NCBI GenBank assembly: GCA_945897885.1
Contig: CAMDGU010000003.1
Location: forward strand, 6,339 to 70,338
From: Chitinophaga pinensis
Lineage (GTDB): Bacteria > Bacteroidota > Bacteroidia > NS11-12g > UBA9320
Length of the DNA: 64,000 bases
Reading direction: 5' to 3'
The notes beneath the pieces were generated by a model that was not told where the DNA came from, did no database searches, and was given only the letters and a program-made list of their open reading frames with translations. Positions 27,960 to 39,313 of this stretch are shown piece by piece (the first letter of the stretch is position 1; every line of letters starts with the position of its first letter). A program made the translations under genes and the position numbers.

Positions 27960-29387
27960 TTATTTACTAGAACCTACCCTGTGCATCGCACAACGGAAAC
28001 CAAGGGTAGATAAATCTTGCTCTTCATCTAAGAAACGACGTGTTCCAGGACTCATCCAATAAGCACGATCATTCCAGCTTGCACCTTTGTAAACACGGGC
28101 TTTATTATTAATCAACGAGGTTACACCATATTCATATCCTTGCTCACCATCTGCATAAACATCTTCATCAATATATCCCATATTGTCAGATTTTTTGTAG
28201 TTCCTACGCATCTTGTTTTCTTCGTCAGTCACTGGAACGTATGTTAAACGCCCTAAACTATCTTTTACATCTACTACTCCATCAGCATCTAACCTTTTCT
28301 TTTTGTAAACGTTTCCACGAAAAGCATTGAAATCTGTGACATCTTCATAGGACAATGGACGATAAACATCCATAACCCACTCGCTAACGTTACCACTCAT
28401 GTTATATAATCCTACATCATTAGGCCAATAGGAGTGAACATCAGTAGTAATAAATGCACCATCATTAAGTCTGCCAGAAATACCGGCCTGATCACCTTTG
28501 TCACGTTTAAAGTTAGCCATTATATAGCCCCGATTTTTTTCTTTACGGCCTTGATTTCTTGTTGTTAAACCTCCCCAAGAATATATTTTTTTTGCGTTGA
28601 TATTTTCGTAAGTTGATTGACCAACATTCGCTAAAGCAGCAAATTCCCATTCAGATTCTGTAGGTAAACGATAATCTGGCAGCATAATACCATCTTCCAT
28701 TCTAACCTTACGAGTTCCTTTTTTATTTTTGATATCCTTAATCGGACGTTTACCTTGCTTGCCATCAAACTGTCCAGCTAAGTATGTTGTAGTATTGAAG
28801 TTTTCTTCGTTCACTTGACCCGCATCAGGCACCAATATACCTTCTCTAATAAGAATATATTCGTTTACACGATCTGTTCTCCAAGCTGCATAGGCAGTTG
28901 CTTGCAACCAATTAACACCCACAACAGGATAATTTTTGTAAGCAGGGTGACGGAAATAATATTCAACATAAGGTTCATTGAATGCTAATTTATCTCTCCA
29001 GCAGAGGGAATCAGGTAATGCTTGTTTGTATACCTCAGGATAATCAACATACACGCGACTCAACCAATGTAAATATTCTAGGTAATGCAGATTACTAACC
29101 TCTGTTTCGTCCATGTAAAATGAAGGAACTGTAACTTTACGCTCAATGTTATTGTGTTCGTATGTTACGTCCTGCTCACTCGAACCCATTGTAAAAGCTC
29201 CTCCTTCCACAATTACCAAACCAGGACCAGTTTCTTGACCTGCATAGTCGTGTGTTTCAAATCCACCCCATTTAGCATCGTTGTATTTCCATCCTGTAGT
29301 TGATGAACGATCTTTTTTACTACATGAAGTTGGTAATAAAAATGCTGTTGCTATTGTGGCTAAAATTATACTTCTCTTTAATCTCAT
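27960..29387 (-). CDS. gldJ: Gliding motility lipoprotein GldJ
   Basis: Lipobox LPTSC; SSTTGWKYND, GPGLVIVEGGAFTMG, YRLPTESEWEFAA, RAYWMSPGTRRF (FGE-sulfatase fold); divergent from porU. Confidence 0.92.
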   Translation of the reverse strand: MRLKRSIILATIATAFLLPTSCSKKDRSSTTGWKYNDAKWGGFETHDYAGQETGPGLVIVEGGAFTMGSSEQDVTYEHNNIERKVTVPSFYMDETEVSNLHYLEYLHWLSRVYVDYPEVYKQALPDSLCWRDKLAFNEPYVEYYFRHPAYKNYPVVGVNWLQATAYAAWRTDRVNEYILIREGILVPDAGQVNEENFNTTTYLAGQFDGKQGKRPIKDIKNKKGTRKVRMEDGIMLPDYRLPTESEWEFAALANVGQSTYENINAKKIYSWGGLTTRNQGRKEKNRGYIMANFKRDKGDQAGISGRLNDGAFITTDVHSYWPNDVGLYNMSGNVSEWVMDVYRPLSYEDVTDFNAFRGNVYKKKRLDADGVVDVKDSLGRLTYVPVTDEENKMRRNYKKSDNMGYIDEDVYADGEQGYEYGVTSLINNKARVYKGASWNDRAYWMSPGTRRFLDEEQDLSTLGFRCAMHRVGSSK

Positions 29388-29473
29388 AGTGAAGATGTTT
29401 GTCTGTTTTAACGTTTAGGGTGCAATAATATTGTATTTTTTTTGAATATGTAAATATTTTTTAGTTTGAAGTA

Positions 29474-30460
29474 CTAAAAATCAGGGCATGATAATTTTTT
29501 GTAACGAATAGCACGCTTGGTAGCGCACCATTCTATAGAAGCTGAAACTTCATGACTTCCAGGAGCTGCTTGACGTGCTGACGATACGGTTAAATCATAG
29601 CTATATCCAAATTTGAATCTTTCTTTGCGAAAACCAACCAACAGCATCAATGCATCAGAATTGGCATAAGTACCCAATGTTTGGCGATACCATAAACCTG
29701 TTACTAATGGCCCTTTATTAAAATAAAACCCTAAATTTAGTTGGGTGAATTTATTTTGAACCATTAAAAGCATGTTTGGTGAAAAGGTCATGTTTGGCTC
29801 GTAAGTATTATCAATAGGTATAACTAAACCCGAGTGAAGTGTATATCTACGAGGTAATTTAGAATCTTGCGTTCCAAGGAAAGACTGAATAGGCTCAATA
29901 ATATTGTGAACTGCAAAACCTGCATAAAAACGCTCGGTGTAACCTAAAACACCTGTGCTGAAATTTGGATAAGTTATTCTATTGGGAGATAATGGCTCTT
30001 GGGTTGGGTTCACAAAACCTTTTGTTGGGTCTATTTGATCTGGAAACCTTAATTTTTTCCAATCTAAGGAACGGCTTACCACTTGGGCTTCTAAACCAAA
30101 ACGCATCGTAAATTTACGATTTACTTGCAATTGATAAGAATAAATCCCTGCCAAGGTATTGGAAGTTAATTTTCCTTCACCGGCCACATCATTCATTGCA
30201 ATTATTCCTATTCCTCCACCTATTCCATCAAAATGTTGGTCATAAGAGGCAAGTGTAGTAACAAATGTGCCGGGTAAACTTGGCCATTGGTTACGATAAT
30301 TAATGTTAATACGACCACCACCATCACAACTTCCGGTACCAGCCATTGCTGGGTTCGTATAAATTGGGGCAGCGTAATATTGAGTCATTTCGGGGTCTTG
30401 AGCTTTGGCTAAACCAATACTCAAAATTGCAGCACAGATTGATAAGTAACGTTTGATCAT
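29474..30460 (-). CDS. PorP/SprF family T9SS outer-membrane beta barrel
   Basis: QDPEMTQYYAAPIYTNPAMAG, NYRNQWPS, GYSYDLT, GSHEVS. Confidence 0.92.
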   Translation of the reverse strand: MIKRYLSICAAILSIGLAKAQDPEMTQYYAAPIYTNPAMAGTGSCDGGGRININYRNQWPSLPGTFVTTLASYDQHFDGIGGGIGIIAMNDVAGEGKLTSNTLAGIYSYQLQVNRKFTMRFGLEAQVVSRSLDWKKLRFPDQIDPTKGFVNPTQEPLSPNRITYPNFSTGVLGYTERFYAGFAVHNIIEPIQSFLGTQDSKLPRRYTLHSGLVIPIDNTYEPNMTFSPNMLLMVQNKFTQLNLGFYFNKGPLVTGLWYRQTLGTYANSDALMLLVGFRKERFKFGYSYDLTVSSARQAAPGSHEVSASIEWCATKRAIRYKKLSCPDF

Positions 30461-30592
30461 CTTCTCTATTTTATTTGGTTAACTTGTTTGTTAAGATAAT
30501 TATTATGTAAAACTATTAAATATTTTACAAACATTCATCTTTTTACCCAATTTACATAATAAATTTACGATATTTTTGTTTTGGATATAGTT

Positions 30593-33500
30593 ATGACACA
30601 CAAACTTTTTAAAATGTTGCTTGGGTTGGCAATAATTATTTTTTCATTAACCAATGCATCTGCTCAAATCAAACATTTTAATATCACATGGAATTCCAAT
30701 GCACAAACTTTTCCGGGAAATTTTAATGGCTCACAAGAAGATTTTTATGCAAAAGAAAAATATTTTCCAATTTGGGCATACACTGAAATTACTGGCCAAA
30801 ATAAGTTTGAAGTTATTTTAGTTAATGAAGTTTATGAGCCAATTACTGATAATCCTAAATTTAGAGAGTACCTTAAAAATAATGTATCATTTTTAGCTTT
30901 AAATAGTGATGAGAGAGAACAAAATAGGATTAAAGTAAAGATTGTTCCATATCGAGTAAATGGTGCAAATCTTGAACGGTTGATTCGTTTTGATTTGAAT
31001 TTTAAGCAAATTGAATCAAATCAAATAAAGCTTAATAAAAAAGGGAACAAAACACAATCGGTGCTTGCTGCAGGAGATTGGTATAAGCTAAAAATCAGTG
31101 AAGACGCTGTATATAAATTAGACAAAGCCTTTTTTGTGAAGCATTCTATCAATACAGATAATATTGAGTTATCTAAATTTAAAATATTTGGGAATGGTGG
31201 TGGAATGTTGCCGGAAATTGTGGCAGAGAATAGACCAGATGACCTTATTGAAAATGCAATTAAGATAAACGATGGTAATGGGAATAATAAATTGGATGAC
31301 GGTGATTACATATTATTTTATGGAAAGGGCCCTGATAGCTGGAAAGAAAATTCGATTGACTATACCCATGTAAAAAATGTTTATTCTGATTTTGCTTTCT
31401 ATTTTTTAAACTGGGGGGAGGGTGCCGGTAAGCGATTGTCAGAGTCGGGTGCCGGTGAGGGTAACAGTTTTTTAAAAGCAATTAACGAATCGGATTATTT
31501 ATATGTTCACGAGGAAGAATCATTTAATTTGAGGAACAGCGGACGAGAATGGTTTGGGGAGGTTTTGACCATTGAAAATAAATCATTTGATGTATCAATA
31601 CCTGATTTAATTTTAGGCTCACCAAGTTTAATAAAGTCGGAAGTAGCCATCCGGACAGGAATTTTTACAAATGTGAACGTATACTTAAATGATGATAAAA
31701 ATCCATTTGTAATCCATTCAGGTTCTCCCGTGGTATTTGATAATGATGATAATTTTGCCAGCATAGATAATCGTGGCAGGCAATTTTTTCCTTCATCATC
31801 TTTTAAGTTAACTTATGAATTTTACAGGCCTCAGCTAAGTTCTGAAGCCTGGCTCAATTATTTTGAAATTCAGAGTAAACGAAAATTGAAACCGATAGAT
31901 GGTCAAATTCATTTTTTTAATTTGGATTCAAAAATTACGGGTAATATTAAATACCAAATTGATAATTTTACTTCAGATTACACACTTTGGGATGTAACAG
32001 ACCACCATAATATAAGCGTTCAAAAAACCTTTTCTGATATTGATAAGACTTCATTTATAGTAAATGGAAGCAGTAAATTATTAAGGTATTTACTTTTTAA
32101 AAATGGAGCGGAAAAAACACCCGAAATGGTGGGTAAATTAGAAAACCAAAATTTACATAATCTGTCAGCAGTTGACTATATAATAATAACCCACCCTGAT
32201 TATAGAGTTCAGGCTGAAAAATTGGTAAAATTCCATCAGGAGCGTGAAGGGTATTCTTATTTGATTACATATCCAGAAAAAATTTACAATGAGTTTTCGA
32301 GTGGGGCATTAGATATTACAGCTATTCGCGATTTTGTAAAAATGCTCTACGATAGAGCAGACGTTACTAATAAGCCAAAAGCTCTCTTATTATTTGGTGA
32401 TGCCAGTTTTGATTATAAAAACCGCATTAACAATGGTAATATGGTTCCAACGTTTGAAAGTTATGAATACAATAATTCAGTGAGCAGTTATTGCTCTGAC
32501 GATTATTATGTAATATTGGATGACTCGGAAGGTTATTGGCCTTTGGACCCTGGAAAATTTTTAGAATCAATGGATATGGGAGTAGGCCGATTGCCGGCAA
32601 AATCATCTTATGAGGCCGATGTAATGGTAGATAAATGCATCCATTATAAAACAAATTCTAATAAAGGAGAATGGCGAAGTTCATTAACTTTTTTAGGGGA
32701 TGATGAGGATTACGATGTTCACATGGAGGATTCCGAAAAATTAACAAGTTTGTGTGAAAAAGAATTACCCCCGTCAAATATTACAAAAATATATTTGGAT
32801 GCTTACAAGCAAGCATCTCTTGGTAATGGGAATGCTTATCCCGATGTAAATGAAACTATAAATAATACTATTGCTAAAGGTACTTTGGTTTTTAATTACC
32901 TTGGACATGGAGGAGGAAGCGGAATGGCTCATGAACGGGTGGTAACTCGACCAATGATATTGGGATGGAGAAACTATGATAAACTTACTTTTTTTGTAAC
33001 AGGAACCTGCGACTTGGCTCAATATGATAATCCAAAAGAAGAATCACCGGGAGAATTGATGATGATAAACGATGTAGGAGGTGCTATTGGTATGATGACC
33101 ACAACCCGAAAAGTTTACATAGGATTAAACACGGATTTTTCTGTTATACTTTTTAGAAACAATTTATTTGCACGAGATGGTAATCATTTTACAACCTTTG
33201 GTGATGCTTATAAAAATGTTAAAAATGTAATGGTTAGCTCTTCAAACGTTAGAAATTACGTGATGTTTGGTGACCCATTATTAGATCTTAATTTACCGGT
33301 TCAAAAAACAATAATTACCGCCATTAATGGAAATACGGTAAATGCCTTATCAAAGGATACGCTAAAAGCTTTATCAAAAGTAGAAATAAGTGGTTCTGTT
33401 GTAAATCTTTCGGGCAATGTAATTACAGATTTTAATGGGGATGTTTCAGTTACACTTTTTGATAAAAAGCAAACCTTTAAAACATTAGCTAATGACCCAA

Positions 33501-34390
33501 CGAGTTCAGTTCTTCCATTTTCTACCCGAAATAATGTGCTTTACAGAGGCAAGGCATCAGTCACCAACGGAAATTTTAAAGTATCATTCATTTTGCCAAA
33601 AGATATTGATTATTCAGTGGGAACCGGCAGGATTTTTACCTATGCCTACAATGACAAAACAGATGCAATGGGAGTTTATGATAGCGCGATGGTTGGGGGT
33701 ACATCAAGCAATTTGGTGGCCGATAATAAAGGACCGGATATTGAAGTTTTTTTAGAAGATGAAAAATTTACAAATGGTGGAATCGTAAATAATAATCCAT
33801 TACTAATTATAAAATTATGGGATGAAAATGGAATTAATACAGCGGGAAACGGAGTAGGAAGAGAAATTTTGGGGATTTTGGATAAGGGGAAGGAAACTTC
33901 AAAAAATTATATTCTTAATGATTTTTATTCTACAAAGCTTGATAGTTTTCAGGGAGGAGAAGTTCGATTTAAATTAGCCGATATAGCCCCCGGAACCCAT
34001 ACATTGAGCGTAAGAGCATGGGATGTTTATAATAACAGTAACGAAAATCAAGTTGAATTTTTGGTGGCCTCCGATGAAAATATGGCCATAAAGAATTTAT
34101 TAAACTATCCAAATCCATTTACCACTAAGACTAATTTTCATTTTGACCATAATAAATCAGGACAGGAGTTAAATATTGCCATTAATATTTTCTCTATAAG
34201 CGGTCGGGTTGTTAAAACACTTTATGCAAAAATTCCTAATGCATCATCGCATGTAAGTGAAATAGAATGGGATGGAAAGGACGAATACGGGCAAATCCTT
34301 GCAAAGGGCGTATATATCTACAAAATCAAAGTAAAATCGGAGGATGGAAAATCTGAAGAAGAGTTTCAAAAAATGGTGTTGTTAAAATAG
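30593..34390 (+). CDS. porU: T9SS sortase/transpeptidase PorU (peptidase C25)
   Basis: GDWYKLKI, FGDASFDYK, GVGRLP, NYLGHGG (His) and TGTC (Cys) catalytic motifs, C-terminal CTD (NYPNPFT); ATG 30593 follows TATTTTTG box at 30571-30578. Confidence 0.95.
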   Translation: MTHKLFKMLLGLAIIIFSLTNASAQIKHFNITWNSNAQTFPGNFNGSQEDFYAKEKYFPIWAYTEITGQNKFEVILVNEVYEPITDNPKFREYLKNNVSFLALNSDEREQNRIKVKIVPYRVNGANLERLIRFDLNFKQIESNQIKLNKKGNKTQSVLAAGDWYKLKISEDAVYKLDKAFFVKHSINTDNIELSKFKIFGNGGGMLPEIVAENRPDDLIENAIKINDGNGNNKLDDGDYILFYGKGPDSWKENSIDYTHVKNVYSDFAFYFLNWGEGAGKRLSESGAGEGNSFLKAINESDYLYVHEEESFNLRNSGREWFGEVLTIENKSFDVSIPDLILGSPSLIKSEVAIRTGIFTNVNVYLNDDKNPFVIHSGSPVVFDNDDNFASIDNRGRQFFPSSSFKLTYEFYRPQLSSEAWLNYFEIQSKRKLKPIDGQIHFFNLDSKITGNIKYQIDNFTSDYTLWDVTDHHNISVQKTFSDIDKTSFIVNGSSKLLRYLLFKNGAEKTPEMVGKLENQNLHNLSAVDYIIITHPDYRVQAEKLVKFHQEREGYSYLITYPEKIYNEFSSGALDITAIRDFVKMLYDRADVTNKPKALLLFGDASFDYKNRINNGNMVPTFESYEYNNSVSSYCSDDYYVILDDSEGYWPLDPGKFLESMDMGVGRLPAKSSYEADVMVDKCIHYKTNSNKGEWRSSLTFLGDDEDYDVHMEDSEKLTSLCEKELPPSNITKIYLDAYKQASLGNGNAYPDVNETINNTIAKGTLVFNYLGHGGGSGMAHERVVTRPMILGWRNYDKLTFFVTGTCDLAQYDNPKEESPGELMMINDVGGAIGMMTTTRKVYIGLNTDFSVILFRNNLFARDGNHFTTFGDAYKNVKNVMVSSSNVRNYVMFGDPLLDLNLPVQKTIITAINGNTVNALSKDTLKALSKVEISGSVVNLSGNVITDFNGDVSVTLFDKKQTFKTLANDPTSSVLPFSTRNNVLYRGKASVTNGNFKVSFILPKDIDYSVGTGRIFTYAYNDKTDAMGVYDSAMVGGTSSNLVADNKGPDIEVFLEDEKFTNGGIVNNNPLLIIKLWDENGINTAGNGVGREILGILDKGKETSKNYILNDFYSTKLDSFQGGEVRFKLADIAPGTHTLSVRAWDVYNNSNENQVEFLVASDENMAIKNLLNYPNPFTTKTNFHFDHNKSGQELNIAINIFSISGRVVKTLYAKIPNASSHVSEIEWDGKDEYGQILAKGVYIYKIKVKSEDGKSEEEFQKMVLLK

Positions 34391-34475
34391 TTGAATATTA
34401 AAAATTAATTCTAATTTTGTCGGATTACTTCTAAACGATAACGAGTGAAAAGACAATTACTTAAAAAATTAAATC

Positions 34476-35705
34476 ATGCTTAAAAAGAATCTATTAATAT
34501 TAGGAGTTTTGCCATTTGTGTTAAGTATAACTTCACAAGCACAGGTTACATCAAAAGATGACTTATTAGGACAACGAAGAGTAATTACCACCGCTGTTCC
34601 GTTTTTAACAATAACTCCTGATTCGCGCAGTGCGGGAATGGGTGATGCCGGTGTAGCTCGTGATGGGGATGCCAACTCAATACATTGGAATATTGCCTCC
34701 ATGGCTTTTATACAAAAAAAAGCTGGTATGTCATTAAATGCAGCACCATGGTTAAGACAATTGGTGCCAGATGTTTGGTTTTATGATATGGCAGGATATT
34801 CAAAAGTTGGAAGCCGTAATCAAAGCGTTGTAACAGGTTCTATTCGGTATTTTTCATTAGGTGAAATACAATTTACAGATGATTTTGGTAATTCAAATGG
34901 AAACGCCACACCATACGAAATGGCTATTGATGTGGGGTATGCCACTCAGTTGTCTGAGAATTTTTCATTAGGAGGTGCCATGCGCTTTGTAAATTCGTGT
35001 CTTACTTGTGGAGCCACAGGAACTATAGGTTCTCAGTTTAAGCCGGGTCGTGCCGCAGCCGGTGATATAGGAGTGTACTATAAAAAACCTATAAAAATAG
35101 CTAAGAAAGATGTGAAATTGGCATTAGGAGCTACCATTACAAATATTGGAAACAAAATCACCTATTCTACATCTGCCGAAAAGGATTTTATACCTACAAA
35201 CCTGCGTTTAGGTACTAGTTTTGGTTTTAAAATAGATGATCACAATGAACTTAATTTTAACTTTGATATTAATAAACTGTTAGTTCCTACCTATCCAGTA
35301 TATTATACGAATGCAAATGGAGGAGATAGTATTTTTGACGGCAAAAAAGTGGTTCAGTATGGTAAAGAAAGTAAAGATGTTCCTGTAATATCAGGAATAT
35401 TTCAATCATTTGCCGATGCACCCGGAGGTTTTAAAGAAGAACTAAAGGAATATAATATTGCTACAGGATTTGAATATTGGTATGATAAGCAATTTGCCGT
35501 TCGTGCCGGTTATTTTAATGAGGCGGATACCAAAGGAGGAAGAAAATATGCAACCTTTGGTATTGGATTGCGCTACAATGTATTTGGAATAGATGCAGCG
35601 TATTTACAACCTTTTACTCAACGTCATCCTCTACAAAACACGATTCGTTTCTCCTTGTTATTTGATATTGATGCTTTCAAAAAGCAACAAGATGCCAAAA
35701 AGTAA
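34476..35705 (+). CDS. porV: T9SS outer-membrane shuttle PorV
   Basis: ITTAVPFLTITPDSRSAGMGDAGVA, YFSLGEIQFTD, NIGNKITY, GRKYATFG; downstream of porU; TAATTTTG box at 34412-34419. Confidence 0.95.
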   Translation: MLKKNLLILGVLPFVLSITSQAQVTSKDDLLGQRRVITTAVPFLTITPDSRSAGMGDAGVARDGDANSIHWNIASMAFIQKKAGMSLNAAPWLRQLVPDVWFYDMAGYSKVGSRNQSVVTGSIRYFSLGEIQFTDDFGNSNGNATPYEMAIDVGYATQLSENFSLGGAMRFVNSCLTCGATGTIGSQFKPGRAAAGDIGVYYKKPIKIAKKDVKLALGATITNIGNKITYSTSAEKDFIPTNLRLGTSFGFKIDDHNELNFNFDINKLLVPTYPVYYTNANGGDSIFDGKKVVQYGKESKDVPVISGIFQSFADAPGGFKEELKEYNIATGFEYWYDKQFAVRAGYFNEADTKGGRKYATFGIGLRYNVFGIDAAYLQPFTQRHPLQNTIRFSLLFDIDAFKKQQDAKK

Positions 35706-35725
35706 ATTCACGAAAATTATGAAAC

Positions 35726-35763
35726 AAAAAGAAAGGCCGCTAAACTTAGCGGCCTTTCTTTTT
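35726..35763. terminator. Bidirectional terminator between porV and lon
   Basis: AAAAAGAAAGGCCGCTAA-AC-TTAGCGGCCTTTCTTTTT perfect 18-bp stem. Confidence 0.9.
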
Positions 35764-35781
35764 GGGTTTTAAAATTTGAAA

Positions 35782-38253
35782 CTAATTTTTGTAGTCGGAT
35801 GTTTTTTCGGTTATATCAAATGTTACGGGCTTGGATACCTTTTCTTTTAATAAAGCCAAATCCAAAACCTGAAGCATGTTTACCGCGTAACGAAATTTAA
35901 GATCTTTGGTATAATCATTCCCAATATCTTCCACATCCTTGCTGTTATTTTCACACATTATTACTTCGTTAATACCGGCTCGCTTTGCAGCCAGTATTTT
36001 TTCTTTAATTCCACCTACCGGCAATATTTTACCGCGTAAGGTTATTTCACCTGTCATGGCCAAATTGGGTTTCACCTTACGTTGGGTAAACCATGAAGCT
36101 AGTGCGGTGAGGATGGTGATACCAGCCGATGGTCCATCCTTGGGTATAGCCCCCGCTGGAAAATGGATATGAACATCGTATTGGTCAAAAACCTTTGGAT
36201 TAATATCAAGGTAATCAGCATTGGCCTTTAAAAATGTAAGAGCAGTAATAGCTGATTCTTTCATCACATCGCCCAATTGGCCGGTAAGGGTAAGTTTGCC
36301 GTTCCCTTTGGTGGTTTTACATTCCACAAATAATATTTCACCACCTACCGATGTCCAGGCTAATCCGGTAACAACACCTGCAAAGCTATTATCCTGATAC
36401 ATTTCCTTATCGATGCGTTGACGGCCTAAAACTTTTTTTACAAAGGCTTCATCAATTTTTGCTTCAAATTCTTCTTCCCCAACTATTTGTTTGGCGCGGT
36501 ATCTGGCAAGCGAGGCAATTCGTTTTTCTAAAGCTCTTACTCCCGATTCGCGGGTGTAATTTTCAACCACAAGTTCAAGAATTTTATCTGTAAATTTTAA
36601 ATCACCTGATTTTATGCCATGTTCACCCAACTGTTTTTTTACAAGATGATTTTTCGCTATCTGCACTTTTTCTTCAACTGTGTACCCATTAATTTCAATA
36701 ATTTCCATACGGTCTAGCAATGCTGGTTGTATGGTATCTAGGGAGTTGGCCGTGGCTATAAACATAACCTTTGATAAATCAAATTCATGTTCCACATAAT
36801 TATCATAGAATGCTGTGTTTTGTTCAGGGTCTAAAATTTCTAATAAAGCCGATGAGGGGTCTCCTCTAAAGTCACGCCCAATTTTATCAACTTCGTCCAG
36901 CACAAAAACAGGATTAGCGGTACCCGCTTTTTTCAAAGCTTGTATTATCCGTCCCGGCATTGCACCTATGTAAGTTTTTCTATGACCGCGAAGTTCCGCC
37001 TCATCATGCATTCCGCCGAGGGACATTCTGGCATATTTTCTGCCAATGGATTGTGCAATGCTTTTACCCAAAGATGTTTTTCCAACTCCCGGAGGTCCGT
37101 ATAAACAAAGAATAGGGCTTTTAAAATCTCCCTTAAGTTTTAAAACAGCTAGATATTCTAAAATTCGTTCTTTAACCTTCTCCAAACCAAAATGGTCATT
37201 ATCAAGCACCTTTCTGGCTTTTTTTAAGTCGATAAAATCCTTACTATATTCATTCCATGGAAGTTCGAGTAACAATTCACAATAATTATAGGTAATTGAA
37301 AAATCGGGGGCTGCCGGATTGGTCCGCATTAATTTATCCAATTCCTTGTTAAAGGCTTTTGCTAATTTTTCATCCCATTTTTTTGCATTTGCTTTAATTC
37401 TTAAGGCTTCAATATCTTTATCAGGCGAATCTTGTCCCAATTCTTCCTGAATGGCACGCATCTGCTGGTGCAAGAAGTAATCGCGTTGTTGTTTGTCAAT
37501 ATCAACCTTGGCCTTGCTCTGAATTTGGTTTTTTAATTCAAGATGCTGCAATTCATTGTTGAGGTGGGAAAGCATTAAAGCAGATCGTTCATCAAAAGAT
37601 ATTGTGCCTAAAATGGTTTGTTTTTCATTGACACCAATATTTAAGTTTGACGAAATGAAATTAATAAGAAAATTAGGGCTGTCAATATTTTTTAAAGCAA
37701 AATTGGCTTCACTTGGAATATTAGGAGATAGCTCAATTATTTTCCCTGCCATATCGCGAATTGAAGCTAATAAAGCTTTACTCTCTTTGTTCTTTTTGGG
37801 TTTCTCATCAATAACAGGATGAGCCATACAAACCAGATAGGGAGTGTTTTTAACAGTTGTCTTTATTTCTATTTTCCTTCTTCCCTGCAAAATAGCTGTT
37901 GTATTTCCATCAGGCATTCGCAACATTCTAATAATTACAGCTTCAGTGCCAATTGAATACAAGTCTTCTAAACTTGGATCATCATTGTTAGAATCCTTTT
38001 GAGATACAACACCAATTATTTTATCTCTTTTGTAAGCATCTTTTATAAGTTTAACCGATTTATCTCTACCAACAGTAATTGGTATTACCACTCCTGGAAA
38101 TAAAACAGTATTTCGCAATGGTAGTATTGGTAATTCTTTTGGTTTGTGATTTTTCTCTGATTCGTCTTCTCCTTCCGGCGACATTAGGGCAATAAAATCG
38201 GTACCATCATTTTCAGGATCTGTTTCGTTAAATCTATATATATCTTTCTTCAT
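35782..38253 (-). CDS. lon: ATP-dependent protease La
   Basis: [33 protein letters not shown] (catalytic Ser), [14 protein letters not shown]; ATG 38253 preferred. Confidence 0.97.
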   Translation of the reverse strand: MKKDIYRFNETDPENDGTDFIALMSPEGEDESEKNHKPKELPILPLRNTVLFPGVVIPITVGRDKSVKLIKDAYKRDKIIGVVSQKDSNNDDPSLEDLYSIGTEAVIIRMLRMPDGNTTAILQGRRKIEIKTTVKNTPYLVCMAHPVIDEKPKKNKESKALLASIRDMAGKIIELSPNIPSEANFALKNIDSPNFLINFISSNLNIGVNEKQTILGTISFDERSALMLSHLNNELQHLELKNQIQSKAKVDIDKQQRDYFLHQQMRAIQEELGQDSPDKDIEALRIKANAKKWDEKLAKAFNKELDKLMRTNPAAPDFSITYNYCELLLELPWNEYSKDFIDLKKARKVLDNDHFGLEKVKERILEYLAVLKLKGDFKSPILCLYGPPGVGKTSLGKSIAQSIGRKYARMSLGGMHDEAELRGHRKTYIGAMPGRIIQALKKAGTANPVFVLDEVDKIGRDFRGDPSSALLEILDPEQNTAFYDNYVEHEFDLSKVMFIATANSLDTIQPALLDRMEIIEINGYTVEEKVQIAKNHLVKKQLGEHGIKSGDLKFTDKILELVVENYTRESGVRALEKRIASLARYRAKQIVGEEEFEAKIDEAFVKKVLGRQRIDKEMYQDNSFAGVVTGLAWTSVGGEILFVECKTTKGNGKLTLTGQLGDVMKESAITALTFLKANADYLDINPKVFDQYDVHIHFPAGAIPKDGPSAGITILTALASWFTQRKVKPNLAMTGEITLRGKILPVGGIKEKILAAKRAGINEVIMCENNSKDVEDIGNDYTKDLKFRYAVNMLQVLDLALLKEKVSKPVTFDITEKTSDYKN

Positions 38254-38300
38254 GGTCAAGATGTCAGTTTTGTTTTTTTTATCAATGAGGATTAAACAAG

Positions 38301-38315
38301 GCAATTGATATGCCA
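38301..38315 (-). promoter_or_regulatory. Candidate sigma54 (-24/-12) promoter for lon
   Basis: TGGCATATCAATTGC = GG-N10-GC, matching TGGCAC-N5-TTGC with one mismatch. Confidence 0.5.
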
Positions 38316-38407
38316 TAAATATTTGAAAGTACAAAGATTATCAGTTTTACAGTAAACCTTGTTAAAAACAAAAAATGGTTATTACTTTGCAAACAATTTA
38401 AAAAAAT

Positions 38408-39259
38408 ATGAAAGTAAAACAAATCTTAGCATTATCATTATTGGCTGTTTCCGCCTTTTTCTTAAACTCTTGTGGAACAGATGATCCAAATCCAGCTCCA
38501 GGTATTGATTTTATTGCCGAAGGAGGTTCTTTAACTGGCGATGTTACAATGGATGGTGACAAAGCCTTTTCAATTGTATTTAACGTAACAGATGATTCAA
38601 AGGTAAAAACCGTAGAAGTAAAATCTGTTGTTAATGGAAGAGTTTCACCACAATTGGATACAACAATAAATGCAGCCAGTGCAAAAATTAGATTGAACAG
38701 AAAATCATATGCAGCTATAGCTACTGAAGTTTGGACAATAACAGTAACCGATGATAAAGGTTCAAGCACAAGTAAGTCATTAACAATTTCTACTACAACT
38801 GCAGCTTCTGGCTCTCCTTTAACCTCATTTGAAAAAGACAATAACAGTTTGCCTTTTAAAGTATGGAATGTTCAAGGACCAAATGCAGGAGCTTTTGATT
38901 TGTTAGATGGTACCCCAAGAACTAAAAATGATCCAGCAGCTGAAAAAGATTTGCAAGATTCTTGCACTTTAGCTGAAGTAGCTCAGTGGCCGGGTCGTTT
39001 GACTTCAAAAAATGGTACAATGTTTAAAAAAGTTACCGGATATACTTATGCTGATGTTACAAACACAGGTCAGTTAGATGCTGTTTGGAATGCTTCAGGA
39101 ACTGCTCTTAAGTCAATAAAAGTTGCCTCCGGTGATTTATATATTGCTAGCATTACAAGAACAAGTGCAAAAGTATTAATTTATGTAGATGCTGTTACTA
39201 AAACTGCAGGTGATAACTTAGACTTCGTTCAATTTAAATTCAAGAAAAAAACCTTGTAA
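38408..39259 (+). CDS. Hypothetical lipoprotein
   Basis: Lipobox FLNSC; Ig-like N-terminal part (WTITVTDDKG) and second beta-rich domain; own terminator. Confidence 0.8.
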   Translation: MKVKQILALSLLAVSAFFLNSCGTDDPNPAPGIDFIAEGGSLTGDVTMDGDKAFSIVFNVTDDSKVKTVEVKSVVNGRVSPQLDTTINAASAKIRLNRKSYAAIATEVWTITVTDDKGSSTSKSLTISTTTAASGSPLTSFEKDNNSLPFKVWNVQGPNAGAFDLLDGTPRTKNDPAAEKDLQDSCTLAEVAQWPGRLTSKNGTMFKKVTGYTYADVTNTGQLDAVWNASGTALKSIKVASGDLYIASITRTSAKVLIYVDAVTKTAGDNLDFVQFKFKKKTL

Positions 39260-39278
39260 AAAATATTTTATAAAAAGG

Positions 39279-39302
39279 GCCTCGCTTCGGCGGGGCTTTT
39301 TT
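39279..39302 (+). terminator. Intrinsic terminator/stem-loop between the lipoprotein gene and pfkA
   Basis: GCCTCGC-TTCG-GCGGGGC followed by T run (UUCG tetraloop). Confidence 0.8.
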
Positions 39303-39313
39303 ATTTTTGAAGA

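Noticed and set aside
27960-35705. porP-gldJ / porU-porV locus as a novel system
   Set aside because: These are known T9SS/gliding components in a commonly seen arrangement; the PorU catalytic His/Cys motifs are intact
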